64,000 bases of DNA, taken from positions 64,001-128,000 of the IMG/VR virus record IMGVR_UViG_2974786931_000001, one strand, 5' to 3'. Numbering within the stretch: position 1 is the stretch's first letter; each line of letters opens with the position of its first letter. The stretch comes from a virus (Duplodnaviria > Caudoviricetes). Positions 41,263-51,735 of the stretch are shown piece by piece. Below the pieces are notes generated by a model, which saw only the letters and a program-made list of their open reading frames with translations, searched no databases and was not told the origin of the DNA. Both the position numbers and the translations under genes were made by a program.

Positions 41263-41354
41263 AGCCGATATAAATAGCTATATCGGCTCTACGTTCAGGA
41301 CGTTTTAGAACGTTTAAAAGATTATATTGTTGTAACATATTAGTGGTATAAATA
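41263..41354 (+). promoter_or_regulatory. Two late promoters upstream of gene 19, the first inside a hairpin
   Basis: TATAAATA at 41269 and 41347; AGCCGATATA/TATATCGGCT stem. Confidence 0.75.
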
Positions 41355-41406
41355 AATTAAACTGAGTGGTTCCTGGCTTACTAGGAATCATTCTTAAGAG
41401 GATCTT

Positions 41407-41898
41407 ATGGAGCTTACAGATATCACAAGAGCATTTGAATCAGGTGACTTCGCACGTCCTAACCTATTTGAGGTAGAAATTCCTTTTTTAGGTCAAAACT
41501 TCAAATTCAAGTGTAAAGCAGCTACATTGCCTTCAGGCACAGTAGATAAAATTCCAGTTGGGTATATGAACCGTAAATTAAATATTGCCGGTGACCGTAC
41601 TTTTGATGATTGGACAGTAACAATTTATAACGATGATGCTCACTCAACCCGTGATGCTATCGTTGCTTGGCAAGATTTGTGCCATGGACAAGGTAATGAA
41701 ATCTCTGGTGCTAATCCAGCTGATTATAAAAAGACAGCTTTGGTACGTCAGTTCCATCGTAATGGTCAAGAAATTACTAAAGAATACACACTAACAGGTA
41801 TTTGGCCTACAATTGTAGCCGAAGTACAAATGGATTGGGATTCTAACAACGAAGTTCAAATCTTCGAGACTACCTTCTCCCTGGACTGGTGGCAGTAA
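41407..41898 (+). CDS. 19: gp19 tail tube
   Basis: DITRAFESGDFARPNLFEV; 163 aa. Confidence 0.98.
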   Translation: MELTDITRAFESGDFARPNLFEVEIPFLGQNFKFKCKAATLPSGTVDKIPVGYMNRKLNIAGDRTFDDWTVTIYNDDAHSTRDAIVAWQDLCHGQGNEISGANPADYKKTALVRQFHRNGQEITKEYTLTGIWPTIVAEVQMDWDSNNEVQIFETTFSLDWWQ

Positions 41899-41961
41899 TA
41901 TTAAAACGGGTTTATGCCCGTTTAAAATGCATATTGTTAAAATAGTGTTCATTTTAAACGG

Positions 41962-41969
41962 TATAAATA
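41962..41969 (+). promoter_or_regulatory. Late promoter for gene 20
   Basis: TATAAATA. Confidence 0.8.
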
Positions 41970-41997
41970 TTACCAGAGACATATTTTGGAGCAATCA

Positions 41998-43575
41998 ATG
42001 GATATTACAAACACTGTACTTTCAATGTTTAAACGATTTAGTCGTGATGACGCTGATTTGTACGACGACCAATTAAAATCTAATGCTGAATCAATTACTG
42101 CTCCTAAATTTGACGATGGTGCGCATGAAGTCGAATCTAATATTTCAGATATTTACGGGAGTGGTACTGCTGGCTTAATGCAGCAAATGTATGGCAGTCA
42201 AGAAGTGGCAATGGATAATACTCGCCGCTTAATTGATACATACCGTAGTTTAATGAATAATTATGAAGTAGATAATGCTGTTCAAGAAATTGTTTCGGAT
42301 TCTATTGTATATGAAACTGGGCATGATGTTGTAGCGTTAAATTTAGAAAATTCTGATTTCAGCGAAGCAATGAAAGACAAATTGTTAGATGAATTTAATG
42401 TGGTATTAAATACATTAAGATTCCAGCGTAAAGGTACAGACCATTTTAAACGTTGGTATGTGGATTCAAGAATATTTTTCCATAAAATTATAGATGTCAA
42501 GAACCCTAAAAAAGGCGTTCTTGAATTACGTCGTTTAGACCCGCGTCAAGTAGAATTTGTTCGTGAAATTGTTACTGATATGGAAAATGGTGTAAAAATT
42601 GTTAAAGGCTATAAAGAATATTTCATTTACGACACAGGACATGAAAGTTATTATACCGACGGAAAAGTTTATACTGCCGGAACAAAAATAAAAATCCCTA
42701 GAACTGCTATAACTTATGCTCATTCAGGTTTAGTAGATTGTTCAGGCAAAAATATTATAGGCTATTTGCATCGTGCTGTTAAACCAGCTAATCAGCTAAA
42801 ATTGCTTGAAGATGCTATGGTGATATATCGCATTACTCGTGCTCCAGACCGTAGAGTATTTTATATCGACACAGGTAATATGCCTGCGCGTAAAGCACAA
42901 GCTCATATGCAACATGTTATGAATACATTTAAAAACCGAGTGGTTTATGATGCTTCGACTGGTAAAATTAAAAACCAGCAACATAATATGTCTATGACTG
43001 AAGATTATTGGTTACAACGTCGTGATGGCAAAGCTGTTACTGAAGTAGATACAATGCCTGGTGCTCAGGGTATGAATGAAATGGATGATGTGCGTTGGTT
43101 TAAACGTTGTTTATACGAAGCGTTACGTATTCCGGTTTCACGTATTCCAAATGACCAAGGTGGCGTTCAATTTGACGCTGGCACTGCAATTACTCGTGAT
43201 GAAATTAAATTTGATGACTTCATTCGAGATTTACAGCATAAGTTTGAAGAAATTATTCTTGACCCATTAAAAACTAACTTAATTCTTAAAAAAATTATAA
43301 CAGAAGACGACTGGGAAAGAGAGATAAATAATATTAATATCACGTTCCATCGTAATTCGTATTTTACAGAAATGAAAGATGCAGAAATTACTGAACGGCG
43401 TATCAATATGATACTCATGGCTGAACCTATTATTGGAAAATATATTTCCCATAAAACGGCTATGATGGACTTCTTACAGATGTCTGAAGAAGAAATTAAC
43501 GATGAAGCTAAGCAGATAGAGGAAGAATCCAAAATCGAACGCTTTAATTCAGATAAAGAACCTGAGGAATTTTAA
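41998..43575 (+). CDS. 20: gp20 portal protein
   Basis: [35 protein letters not shown]; ATG at 41998 after GGAG. Confidence 0.98.
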   Translation: MDITNTVLSMFKRFSRDDADLYDDQLKSNAESITAPKFDDGAHEVESNISDIYGSGTAGLMQQMYGSQEVAMDNTRRLIDTYRSLMNNYEVDNAVQEIVSDSIVYETGHDVVALNLENSDFSEAMKDKLLDEFNVVLNTLRFQRKGTDHFKRWYVDSRIFFHKIIDVKNPKKGVLELRRLDPRQVEFVREIVTDMENGVKIVKGYKEYFIYDTGHESYYTDGKVYTAGTKIKIPRTAITYAHSGLVDCSGKNIIGYLHRAVKPANQLKLLEDAMVIYRITRAPDRRVFYIDTGNMPARKAQAHMQHVMNTFKNRVVYDASTGKIKNQQHNMSMTEDYWLQRRDGKAVTEVDTMPGAQGMNEMDDVRWFKRCLYEALRIPVSRIPNDQGGVQFDAGTAITRDEIKFDDFIRDLQHKFEEIILDPLKTNLILKKIITEDDWEREINNINITFHRNSYFTEMKDAEITERRINMILMAEPIIGKYISHKTAMMDFLQMSEEEINDEAKQIEEESKIERFNSDKEPEEF

Positions 43576-43851
43576 ATGGAACAATTGATTGAAGCTATCA
43601 AATCTAATGATTTGGTTAAAGCTAAAAAAGCGTTCGGCTCTATTATGCTAGAACGTACTAGTACTCTTATCGAAGCTGAAAAAATCGCTATGGCGAAGTC
43701 TGTTATGATTGAAGGTGAAGAACCTGAAAGTGAAGAAAAAGACGAAAAAGACGAAAATGAAAAAGACGCTAAGAAGCCTAATAAATTCGAAAAAGAAAAA
43801 TTAGACGATTCTGAAAAAGATGAAGGCGAAGACGACGAAGAGGAAGAATAA
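43576..43851 (+). CDS. 67: gp67 prohead core protein
   Basis: [14 protein letters not shown]; acidic tail. Confidence 0.95.
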   Translation: MEQLIEAIKSNDLVKAKKAFGSIMLERTSTLIEAEKIAMAKSVMIEGEEPESEEKDEKDENEKDAKKPNKFEKEKLDDSEKDEGEDDEEEE

Positions 43852-44273
43852 TGTTAATTATTTCTGATAACCACGAATTAGTATATGAAAATGTACAAGC
43901 TCTAATTCCTGAAGCTCAGAACCGAATTAATTTTCTTGCAGCGTTTTCTAAAGACGAAATATTTGCAATTGCTGAGAATATGGTAGATAAAACTCCGGAT
44001 TTGGCAATTGCAATTGCTTCACTTAACGAAGAAATGGAATTAAACGAGTTTATTGTTAAGCACGTTTCTTCTCGTGGTGAAGTTACTAAAACACATGACA
44101 GAAAAACTCGCTCACGGAGAGCTTTCCAAACCACGGGTCTTTCTAAAGCAAAACGTCGTGCTATTGCAAGAAAAGTAGTTCGTTCTAAAAAATCTAATCC
44201 ATCAGCAACCGTCAGAGGTTCTCGTAAGCGTAAGCGTGCTATGAAACGTCGTAAAATTATGGGATTAAGCTAA
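43851..44273 (+). CDS. 68: gp68 prohead core protein
   Basis: [27 protein letters not shown]. Confidence 0.95.
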   Translation: MLIISDNHELVYENVQALIPEAQNRINFLAAFSKDEIFAIAENMVDKTPDLAIAIASLNEEMELNEFIVKHVSSRGEVTKTHDRKTRSRRAFQTTGLSKAKRRAIARKVVRSKKSNPSATVRGSRKRKRAMKRRKIMGLS

Positions 44274-44896
44274 TGACTATGTTACTTACTGAAGATTGGG
44301 GTCAGCCCGGTGAATTAATTGGCGATGTTCCTATGCTAGAATCCTATGAAAATAAGGAAGGACTCCCACCGGGGCTTTATATAGAAGGTGTATTTCTACA
44401 GGCCGAAACAGTTAATAGAAATAAACGTCTTTACCCGAAACGTATTTTAGAAACTGCGGTTTCACAATATATTAATGAGCAAGTTAAAACAAAACAAGCT
44501 TTAGGAGAATTAAACCATCCACCAAGAGCTAATGTCGATCCGATGTTGGCAGCTATTATCATCGAAGATATGTGGTGGAAAGGTAATAACGTTATGGGAC
44601 GCGCTCGTATTATCGAAGGCGACCATGGCCCTGGTGATAAATTGGCTGCAAATATAAGAGCTGGTTGGGTTCCAGGAGTATCCTCAAGAGGCTTGGGTTC
44701 ATTAACTGAAACCGGCAAAGGTTATAAACTAGTTAATGAAGGTTTCCGTTTGACTGTAGGTGTTGACGCAGTATGGGGTCCTTCAGCGCCTGATGCATAT
44801 GTACAGGCTAAACAAATTTCTGAAAGCAAAGAAATTCAGGAATGCAGTGCTAATGACGCTTTTAATGCTTTAACAGCCAATTTAAAAGCGTTATAA
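44273..44896 (+). CDS. 21: gp21 prohead protease
   Basis: LGELNHP, GVSSRGLGSL, DAVWGPSAPDA. Confidence 0.97.
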   Translation: MTMLLTEDWGQPGELIGDVPMLESYENKEGLPPGLYIEGVFLQAETVNRNKRLYPKRILETAVSQYINEQVKTKQALGELNHPPRANVDPMLAAIIIEDMWWKGNNVMGRARIIEGDHGPGDKLAANIRAGWVPGVSSRGLGSLTETGKGYKLVNEGFRLTVGVDAVWGPSAPDAYVQAKQISESKEIQECSANDAFNALTANLKAL

Positions 44897-44899
44897 ATA
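44892..44899 (+). promoter_or_regulatory. Late promoter for gene 22
   Basis: TATAAATA. Confidence 0.8.
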
Positions 44900-44928
44900 A
44901 TTATGTAACTTAACAACAGGAACGAGAA

Positions 44929-45753
44929 ATGCATATCAAAGAACAACTTATTAAAGAAGCACAAACCTTGATGGTTGAAGCTTCAGTTGAACTTGGAAGC
45001 GTTTTCGAATCAGTTCAATTGTCTGATGAAGTAAAAACTAACTTCAGCACTGTATTCGAAACTCTGGTCAAGAAAAACGCCGCTGCTTTGGCAGAAAAAC
45101 ACATTAATGAAATCGCTGATAAGGCTGAAGAAGAAGTAGAAAAAGCCGAAGAAGAAGCTGATAAGAAAGCAGAAAAGAAAATTACTGAATCTGCATCTCG
45201 CTTCTTGGACCATATCGCTAAAGAATGGCTAGCTGAAAACAAACTTGCTGTAGATCGTGGTATTAAATCCGATTTGTTTGAATCTATGTTCTCTGGATTA
45301 AAAGAACTATTTGTTGAACACAACGTTGTTGTTCCGGAAGAATCTGTAGATGTTGTTGCAGAAATGGAAGAAGAACTAGCCGAACAAACTGCTGAAACCG
45401 GCCGTTTATTTGAAGAATTAGGCAAGCGCGATGCATATATTAATTATGTTCAACGCGAAGTTGCTATTACCGAAGCCACACGTGATTTGGTAGAATCCCA
45501 TAAAGAACAAGTTGTAGAATTGCTTGAAGGTGTTGAGTATTCTGAAGGTTTTGCTGGAAAACTTAATTCTATCGTATCAATGGTAGCTGCTTCTAAATCT
45601 ACTCAGGTAAATGAAGCTATAAATACAACTGAAGATATTGATGCAACAGCGCTAAACTTTATTAGCGAAGTGGTTGAAGATACTGCTAAACCAACTACTC
45701 AAAATTCACCAATGATGAATCTGTACACCCGTGCAGCATCAAGCAAAGCTTAA
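44929..45753 (+). CDS. 22: gp22 major scaffold protein
   Basis: KEQLIKEA, GIKSDLFES, LFVEHNVVVPEESVDVV. Confidence 0.97.
   Translation: MHIKEQLIKEAQTLMVEASVELGSVFESVQLSDEVKTNFSTVFETLVKKNAAALAEKHINEIADKAEEEVEKAEEEADKKAEKKITESASRFLDHIAKEWLAENKLAVDRGIKSDLFESMFSGLKELFVEHNVVVPEESVDVVAEMEEELAEQTAETGRLFEELGKRDAYINYVQREVAITEATRDLVESHKEQVVELLEGVEYSEGFAGKLNSIVSMVAASKSTQVNEAINTTEDIDATALNFISEVVEDTAKPTTQNSPMMNLYTRAASSKA
45618..45625 (+). promoter_or_regulatory. Late promoter for gene 23, inside gene 22
   Basis: TATAAATA. Confidence 0.75.
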
Positions 45754-45771
45754 TTTAAGGTTATTATTAAA

Positions 45772-47349
45772 ATGAAACAAACTACTAAATCCGAACTTTT
45801 GAACAAATGGACTCCACTGCTGGAAGCTGAAGAATTGCCTGAAATTGTTGGTGCTTCAAAACGTACTCTGATTGCTAAAATCATGGAAAACCAAGAAGTT
45901 GATATTATGACTTCTCCTGAATACCGTGATGAAAAAATTGCTGAAGCATTCGGTACTTTCTTGAACGAAGCTGAAATTGGCGGTGACTCAGGTTATAATG
46001 CTGATAATATCGCAATGGGTAAAACAAGCGGTGCTATCACTCAAATTGGGCCGGCAGTAATGGGTATGGTACGTCGTGCTATTCCTAATCTGATTGCTTT
46101 TGACATCTGTGGTGTTCAGCCAATGTCTGGTCCTACTGGTCAGGTATTTGCATTGCGCGCTACTTACGGTGAAGATCCGTTGGCTGCTAATGCTAAAGAA
46201 GCTTTCCATCCAATGTTTGCTCCAAATGCTATGTTCTCTGGTGCTGGCGCTGATGCTACCCTTAAAGCTACATTCAAAGAAGTTTCTGCTACTTTGGTAA
46301 TGGCTGCTGGTGATATTGCACATTATGAATTCCCAGAATCTGGTACTGCGTATCTTCAGGCTGCTTCCGCTGTAGATTTTACTACACTTGTTACCGGTAG
46401 TGCTACTGTTCTTGATGCTGTTCAAGGTCAAATGGAACTTGGTACCCTGGTTGAAATCGCTGAAGGTATGGCAACATCTGTCGCTGAATTGCAACAGAAC
46501 TTTAACGGTTCTACTGATAACCCATGGAACGAAATGAGCTTCCGTATTGACAAACAAGTCATCGAAGCTAAATCTCGTCAGTTAAAAGCTCAGTATTCTA
46601 TCGAATTGGCCCAGGATTTACGTGCTGTTCATGGTATGGATGCAGATGCTGAATTGTCTACTATTCTTGCCACAGAAATGATGCTGGAAATTAACCGTGA
46701 AGTTGTTGACTGGATTAACTATACCGCTCAGGTTGGTAAAACTGGTATGACTCGTACTCTTGGTTCTAAAGACGGCGTATTCGATCTTCAAGACCCTATT
46801 GATACTCGTGGTGCTCGTTGGGCTGGTGAAAGCTTTAAATCTGTAATTTATCAAATCGATAAAGAAGCTGTAGAAATTGGTCGTCAAACTGGCCGTGGTC
46901 AAGGTAACTTCCTGATTGCTTCTCGCAACGTTGTTAATATCCTTGCTTCTACTGATCAGTTGATTGGTTATGCATCACAAGGCGCTTCTGCTGGTCTGAA
47001 CACTGATGTGCAGAAAGCAACCTTTGCTGGTATTTTGGCTGGTAAATATAAAGTTTACATCGACCAATATGCTCGTCAAGATTACTTCACTGTTGGTTAT
47101 AAAGGTGCTAACGAAATGGATGCCGGTATTTACTACGCACCTTACGTTGCATTGACTCCACTTCGTGGTTCTGATCCTAAGAATTTCCAACCTGTCATGG
47201 GCTTCAAAACTCGTTATGGTATTGGTATTAATCCATTCGCTGATTCTCGTGCTCAGCGTCCAGGTGATCGTATTACTTCTGCAATGCCTGCTATTGCAGC
47301 TATTGGTAAGAATGCTTACTTCCGCCGTGTATGGGTACAAAATGTTTAA
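45772..47349 (+). CDS. 23: gp23 major capsid protein
   Basis: GMVRRAIPNLIAFDICGVQPM, KNFQPVMGFKTRYG. Confidence 0.99.
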   Translation: MKQTTKSELLNKWTPLLEAEELPEIVGASKRTLIAKIMENQEVDIMTSPEYRDEKIAEAFGTFLNEAEIGGDSGYNADNIAMGKTSGAITQIGPAVMGMVRRAIPNLIAFDICGVQPMSGPTGQVFALRATYGEDPLAANAKEAFHPMFAPNAMFSGAGADATLKATFKEVSATLVMAAGDIAHYEFPESGTAYLQAASAVDFTTLVTGSATVLDAVQGQMELGTLVEIAEGMATSVAELQQNFNGSTDNPWNEMSFRIDKQVIEAKSRQLKAQYSIELAQDLRAVHGMDADAELSTILATEMMLEINREVVDWINYTAQVGKTGMTRTLGSKDGVFDLQDPIDTRGARWAGESFKSVIYQIDKEAVEIGRQTGRGQGNFLIASRNVVNILASTDQLIGYASQGASAGLNTDVQKATFAGILAGKYKVYIDQYARQDYFTVGYKGANEMDAGIYYAPYVALTPLRGSDPKNFQPVMGFKTRYGIGINPFADSRAQRPGDRITSAMPAIAAIGKNAYFRRVWVQNV

Positions 47350-47360
47350 TAGTTAAAAAT

Positions 47361-47391
47361 AAAAGGGATACTCAATGAGTATCCCTTTTTT
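47361..47391. terminator. Bidirectional terminator
   Basis: AAAAGGGATACTCA-A-TGAGTATCCCTTTT. Confidence 0.9.
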
Positions 47392-47394
47392 AGT

Positions 47395-48909
47395 TTAAAT
47401 AGATTCAAATACTAAATTACCTGAATCCCATATACGTCTAATTTTATTATTATAACAATTTTCTACTGCTGTTAATTCTGGGTCATAATTATCTAGTTTT
47501 TTATCTAATAGATGTTTCATAAATGATGACCTATGAAATAATTTGCCTTTATCAATGTAATAATCACATGGTTTTGTTACACGAATTTGTTTCATTCCTA
47601 TAGCGTTGTATACGTTGCCTTGAGACCAGCGCCGGTTGGCATATGAAACACAATATACACCCTTTAAAAGTCTAGACGCGCCGCCTTGCACTACAGTATT
47701 TAATTTAGAACACATGCGTAATAACTCTGGCTTATTCTGATATCGTCCTTTACCAATAGTTATCAATTGAACTAAATTATCTTCGTAATAAAGGCCTTTA
47801 GCTTCAGTAAAAACAGCATGCCCTTGTAAATGATTTAATTCACAAAACTTTTTAGCATCATTATATGAAACCTGTTTAATTTTACATTTTCTTGCATGAA
47901 TTTTTGTAGCTTTACCTAATTTAACTTTAATTACAGATTTCCATATTTCACGTTTAGTATTATCTAGCCATTCATTTTCAAAAATATGTAAAAGTTGAAT
48001 TCCTTTAGATTCACATAATTCTGTTTTATTAAGATGATAATTTCTTTTGTGCATATCTTCTTCTTTAGAACCAGAAGAATGCCAATAAATACCGTTAAAT
48101 TCTATAGCTAGATTTTTCTCTGGGATATAGATATCAAGTTCAAAAGGAGCTATTATTTTTCGGCTTGTTTCGCAAGCAAAACCTAGAGAATTAATAAATT
48201 CTTTTAATTCAATTTCAGCTACAGAAATATTTTTGTCTCTAAGATTGTATTCAAAAGTAAGTCCATATAATAAATTAAGTCCACAGCCTGTTTCTAAAGA
48301 AATTCCATGAAGTCCTATAGATTTGTATTTTTCAGAGAATTTTTCTTTATCATACAGCCATTCCGGTAAATGGGTTCTTGAAGAATTAGATATAGATTGT
48401 TTGAGAGAAATAGAAGCTTTAACCGTATCTATTTGGAACGGATTTTTAACACCATAACGATTTAAACATGTTTGTTCTCTTTTAATCAAAGACAAAATAC
48501 TATTATTTTTAATTGCATTTATCCCAGAAGAACTAAATCCGGTTTCTCCATATTTTTTCTTTCTTGTAACCCATGTTTTATCTGTTGGCTTGCCTTTTAA
48601 AGATTCTGATATCTTTTTATTACGAGATTCTATATCAATAGAACTAAGTTTTTTATCTTTAACTAATTGGCACGATGCAGAACATTTTCTTGAACAGTAT
48701 TCTGCCATGATTTTTTCTATAGGAAGTTCTTTATCGCACTTTTTACATTTAGGCAATTCATCAAGGTTGTTTAAAGCTAGTATGAGCTTAGTTTTTGGGT
48801 CTGAATATATTGAAATAATGCCGTCAATTATAGAAGGATTTTCTTTATGAATTCTTTTCCAATTTTTGTTTAAATTGCCATTTTTATCTTTATAAATAGA
48901 TATATCCAT
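47395..48909 (-). mobile_element. Free-standing Hef-like homing endonuclease gene (504 aa) at the segD position
   Basis: Cys motifs, KKYG/NRYG repeats, ELDIYIPEKNLAIEFNGIYWH Vsr/PD-(D/E)xK-like core, C-terminal HARKC..NHLQG..GGASRL domain; antisense between genes 23 and 24. Confidence 0.85.
48891..48898 (+). promoter_or_regulatory. Likely late promoter for gene 24, inside the endonuclease ORF
   Basis: Closest exact TATAAATA upstream of gene 24. Confidence 0.7.
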
Positions 48910-48928
48910 AATAACTCCTTATAACATC

Positions 48929-48958
48929 ATTTTATCATAGTATCGATTACATGTAAAC
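48929..48958 (-). promoter_or_regulatory. Early-type promoter for the endonuclease
   Basis: GTTTACATGTAATCGATACTATGATAAAAT. Confidence 0.7.
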
Positions 48959-48989
48959 ATGTAAGTTATAACAACAGAGAGAACATGCA

Positions 48990-50267
48990 ATGAGCAATAT
49001 TAACCAGCTTTTGCGCGAATCGACAACATCTACGTCTAGTATTGCTGGACGTCCAAATCTTGTTGCATTGACTCGTGCTACGACTAAATTAGTGTATATG
49101 GATTTAGTCGCTGAACAACGTACTACACAACCTGTAGCTGCACTATATGGTATTAAATATTTAAACCCTAATAATGACCTAAGCTTCGTTACAGGTGCAA
49201 CATACGGCGGCGCAATTGGGCCATCACAACGTGCTACGATTATCGATATAACAATGACAAATAAAGATACCTTTGTTAAAGGCGATTATTTCAAATATGT
49301 TGATGTAGTGTTTAAAGTATTAGAAGATACTCCATTTGCCGGAACAGCTGAAACAGAAATTTTTGGTGTTGTATCCGAAGCTGTTGCAGATAGTACAATT
49401 AGAATGGTTCCTGATGCAGCAAGTACAAGTAAATTTGAATCTGCTAATAGTGATATCGCTGAAGCGAGTTTCCAAATTTCAAAATGGCAAGCACCTGTTA
49501 AATCACGTAAATTAAAAACAGAACTAACAGTTGAATTAGCCCAAGATTTAGAAGCTAATGGATTTGATGCTAGTAGTATGGTTGAAGACGTATTAGCTAC
49601 ACAAATGGCTGAAGAAATTAATAAAGATATTTTGCAAGGCCTAGTTACAGTATCAACACGCTTTAAAATTGATGGTGTATCTGATAAAGGCGTACTTGAT
49701 TTATCTGGTCCTGATACAGCCCCTGAACAAGGACGTAAATTATACAGATTCGTCTGTGAAATGAATAGTTCTATCCAACGTAACACATCTTATTCTGGTA
49801 CTTACGTTGTTGCATCTTCTAGATGTGCGGCAGTTTTAGCTGCTTCTGGTTGGATGCATCAAGGTGAAGATGAAGAATTGTCCGATAATGCTTACGGTGT
49901 TTTGAACAATGGTCTTGTTTTGTTCTGTGATACTAATAGTCCGGTGGATTATGTTATTGTAGGTGTTAAAGCAGAATTTGGCGATATGGAAGCAGTTGGT
50001 TCTTTATTTTATGCTCCATATACTGAAGGATTGGATTTAGAAGACCCAGAGCATGTTGGTGTATTTAAAGCTATAGTGGACCCTGAGAGCTTGCAGCCAA
50101 AGATTGCATTGCTCACTAGATATGCACTTTGCGTTAACCCTTATACTACAGGCGCTACAGATGAGCAAGCACGCATCATAGACGCATCTGATTTTGATTT
50201 GTTTGCTGGCAGAAGCCAGATGTCTACTCTGCTTGGTGTTAAGTTACCTAAACTGATAGCAGGATAA
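48990..50267 (+). CDS. 24: gp24 capsid vertex protein
   Basis: INQLLRESTT, GRPNLVALTRAT, RKLKTELTVELAQD. Confidence 0.97.
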   Translation: MSNINQLLRESTTSTSSIAGRPNLVALTRATTKLVYMDLVAEQRTTQPVAALYGIKYLNPNNDLSFVTGATYGGAIGPSQRATIIDITMTNKDTFVKGDYFKYVDVVFKVLEDTPFAGTAETEIFGVVSEAVADSTIRMVPDAASTSKFESANSDIAEASFQISKWQAPVKSRKLKTELTVELAQDLEANGFDASSMVEDVLATQMAEEINKDILQGLVTVSTRFKIDGVSDKGVLDLSGPDTAPEQGRKLYRFVCEMNSSIQRNTSYSGTYVVASSRCAAVLAASGWMHQGEDEELSDNAYGVLNNGLVLFCDTNSPVDYVIVGVKAEFGDMEAVGSLFYAPYTEGLDLEDPEHVGVFKAIVDPESLQPKIALLTRYALCVNPYTTGATDEQARIIDASDFDLFAGRSQMSTLLGVKLPKLIAG

Positions 50268-50270
50268 AAT

Positions 50271-50294
50271 AAAGGGACCGTAAGGTCCCTTTTT
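50271..50294. terminator. Bidirectional terminator
   Basis: AAAGGGACC-GTAA-GGTCCCTTTTT. Confidence 0.9.
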
Positions 50295-50298
50295 GGCA

Positions 50299-51285
50299 TT
50301 ACAACAATTCAGACCATTGAGAACGAATTGTATTTTGTACTTCTGTTGTCAAACGTTTCTTAACTAATGAAGGCATTTCTGCAGTATTAATATCGATACC
50401 TTCACGCTCGGCTTCAACTAGAATATCTTGGCAAGTCAAGCCCATTACACGTCCAAACATTTTAGCATTGATTTCGCCTAAATGAGATACTACATTCAAT
50501 ACACGATTCCATGTATTGAATTCAAGCAAAGCTTGAAGCAGTGCTACATCATTTTCTGATAAATGCGCTTCTGGTTGAATTAGTTTATCAGATTTCTTTT
50601 TCTCTGAGAACTTAGAGTTCTTACATTTAATAGCTACACGATTGCCATTAGTGAGTTCGGTATATTTCACAGGTTTTAATACATAACCTTCAGTAATGTT
50701 ATCTGTGCCTGCTTTAAGTTCAAATTTGGTTTCTTTATTATTTGCAGCTTTAACTGGGTCCCAAACTTCGTTATATTCATTAACTAGAGATTGGAAATCA
50801 TTAGGAAGCTTAATAAGGTCATCAAAAGACCCACTATCAATAAGTGGAGCCATTTTAAGACCAGCATTTCTACAAATAAATGATACCACGAAGTCATTTA
50901 AATAAACGCCATTATCAATGATATCGAATACATAGAAATCTTTATCGCCGTAATCTACTTCTTTCTGAATGCCTTTACCAGCTAATTCGCCAAAGATTTG
51001 GATATGACTGTCTAATTTGGTTAAACTACTTTGTAATGATTTAAACCCGGCCATATATCGAGACATTACATTTTCATAATCAAAGAATGATTCTGTAGGT
51101 TCAATAGGGCCACTTCTTTTAGCAAAAGAAATAGATTCTTTAGTAATAATAACACTAAAATTGGCACCATGAATCTTTTCTCGCGCTACCCAAATCTTGT
51201 CCCAGATTGTATGCCCTTCATCTCGGATTTTATTAATAATTTTACTGTTAGAATGATTTTCTAATGACGAGTATTTTGCAAACAT
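50299..51285 (-). CDS. rnlB: RNA ligase 2
   Basis: MF.KYSSLENH, REKIHGANFS (motif I), FGELAG, EGYVLKP, AIKCKN. Confidence 0.97.
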   Translation of the reverse strand: MFAKYSSLENHSNSKIINKIRDEGHTIWDKIWVAREKIHGANFSVIITKESISFAKRSGPIEPTESFFDYENVMSRYMAGFKSLQSSLTKLDSHIQIFGELAGKGIQKEVDYGDKDFYVFDIIDNGVYLNDFVVSFICRNAGLKMAPLIDSGSFDDLIKLPNDFQSLVNEYNEVWDPVKAANNKETKFELKAGTDNITEGYVLKPVKYTELTNGNRVAIKCKNSKFSEKKKSDKLIQPEAHLSENDVALLQALLEFNTWNRVLNVVSHLGEINAKMFGRVMGLTCQDILVEAEREGIDINTAEMPSLVKKRLTTEVQNTIRSQWSELL

Positions 51286-51399
51286 ATTAATTCCTATTCG
51301 CTGCGCGAAACGTGTCGAATATCGACGATATAAATAATAAAAGAGATATTAGACTCTATCCCTTAGCTTTAAACAATCACCTCTGTGAGACCTAGAGTC

Positions 51400-51427
51400 A
51401 TTATACCACTGAAAATTATAAAGCAAA
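51400..51427 (-). promoter_or_regulatory. Middle (MotA-dependent) promoter for rnlB
   Basis: TTTGCTTTA...TGGTATAAT. Confidence 0.8.
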
Positions 51428-51649
51428 TAACGTCTGCATTTTCTTTAATAATTTGGGGCGATGTAATTTTGACGTAGTCATTCGCTTGCGAAAAACAACT
51501 TTAGGCTTCAATTTGCTTTTGTCTTTTGCAATTTCAGCTTGAGCCCATAATTTACCCACTTCACTTATAGTACAATTTGTTTTATGTGCTATATCAACAA
51601 ATGACATTCCACTTTCATATAAAAAATGCACTTCAACTGATTTATTCAT
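51416..51649 (-). CDS. 24.3: gp24.3-like HTH protein
   Basis: VHFLYESGMSFVDIA, KPKVVFRKR; synteny. Confidence 0.85.
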   Translation of the reverse strand: MNKSVEVHFLYESGMSFVDIAHKTNCTISEVGKLWAQAEIAKDKSKLKPKVVFRKRMTTSKLHRPKLLKKMQTLFAL

Positions 51650-51735
51650 AATAATCTCTCATTTAATTGTCCTTTTCATAATAACATACAAAAAATTAGT
51701 TGTAAACCCCCTAAAGGGACCGAAGTCCCTTATAA

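Noticed and set aside
39747-49786. Long antisense ORFs inside genes 18, 20, 22, 23 and 24 (e.g. 45988-46557, 49286-49786)
   Set aside because: These are shadow frames expected from the codon bias of highly expressed genes, with low-complexity Ser/Thr/Phe-rich translations.
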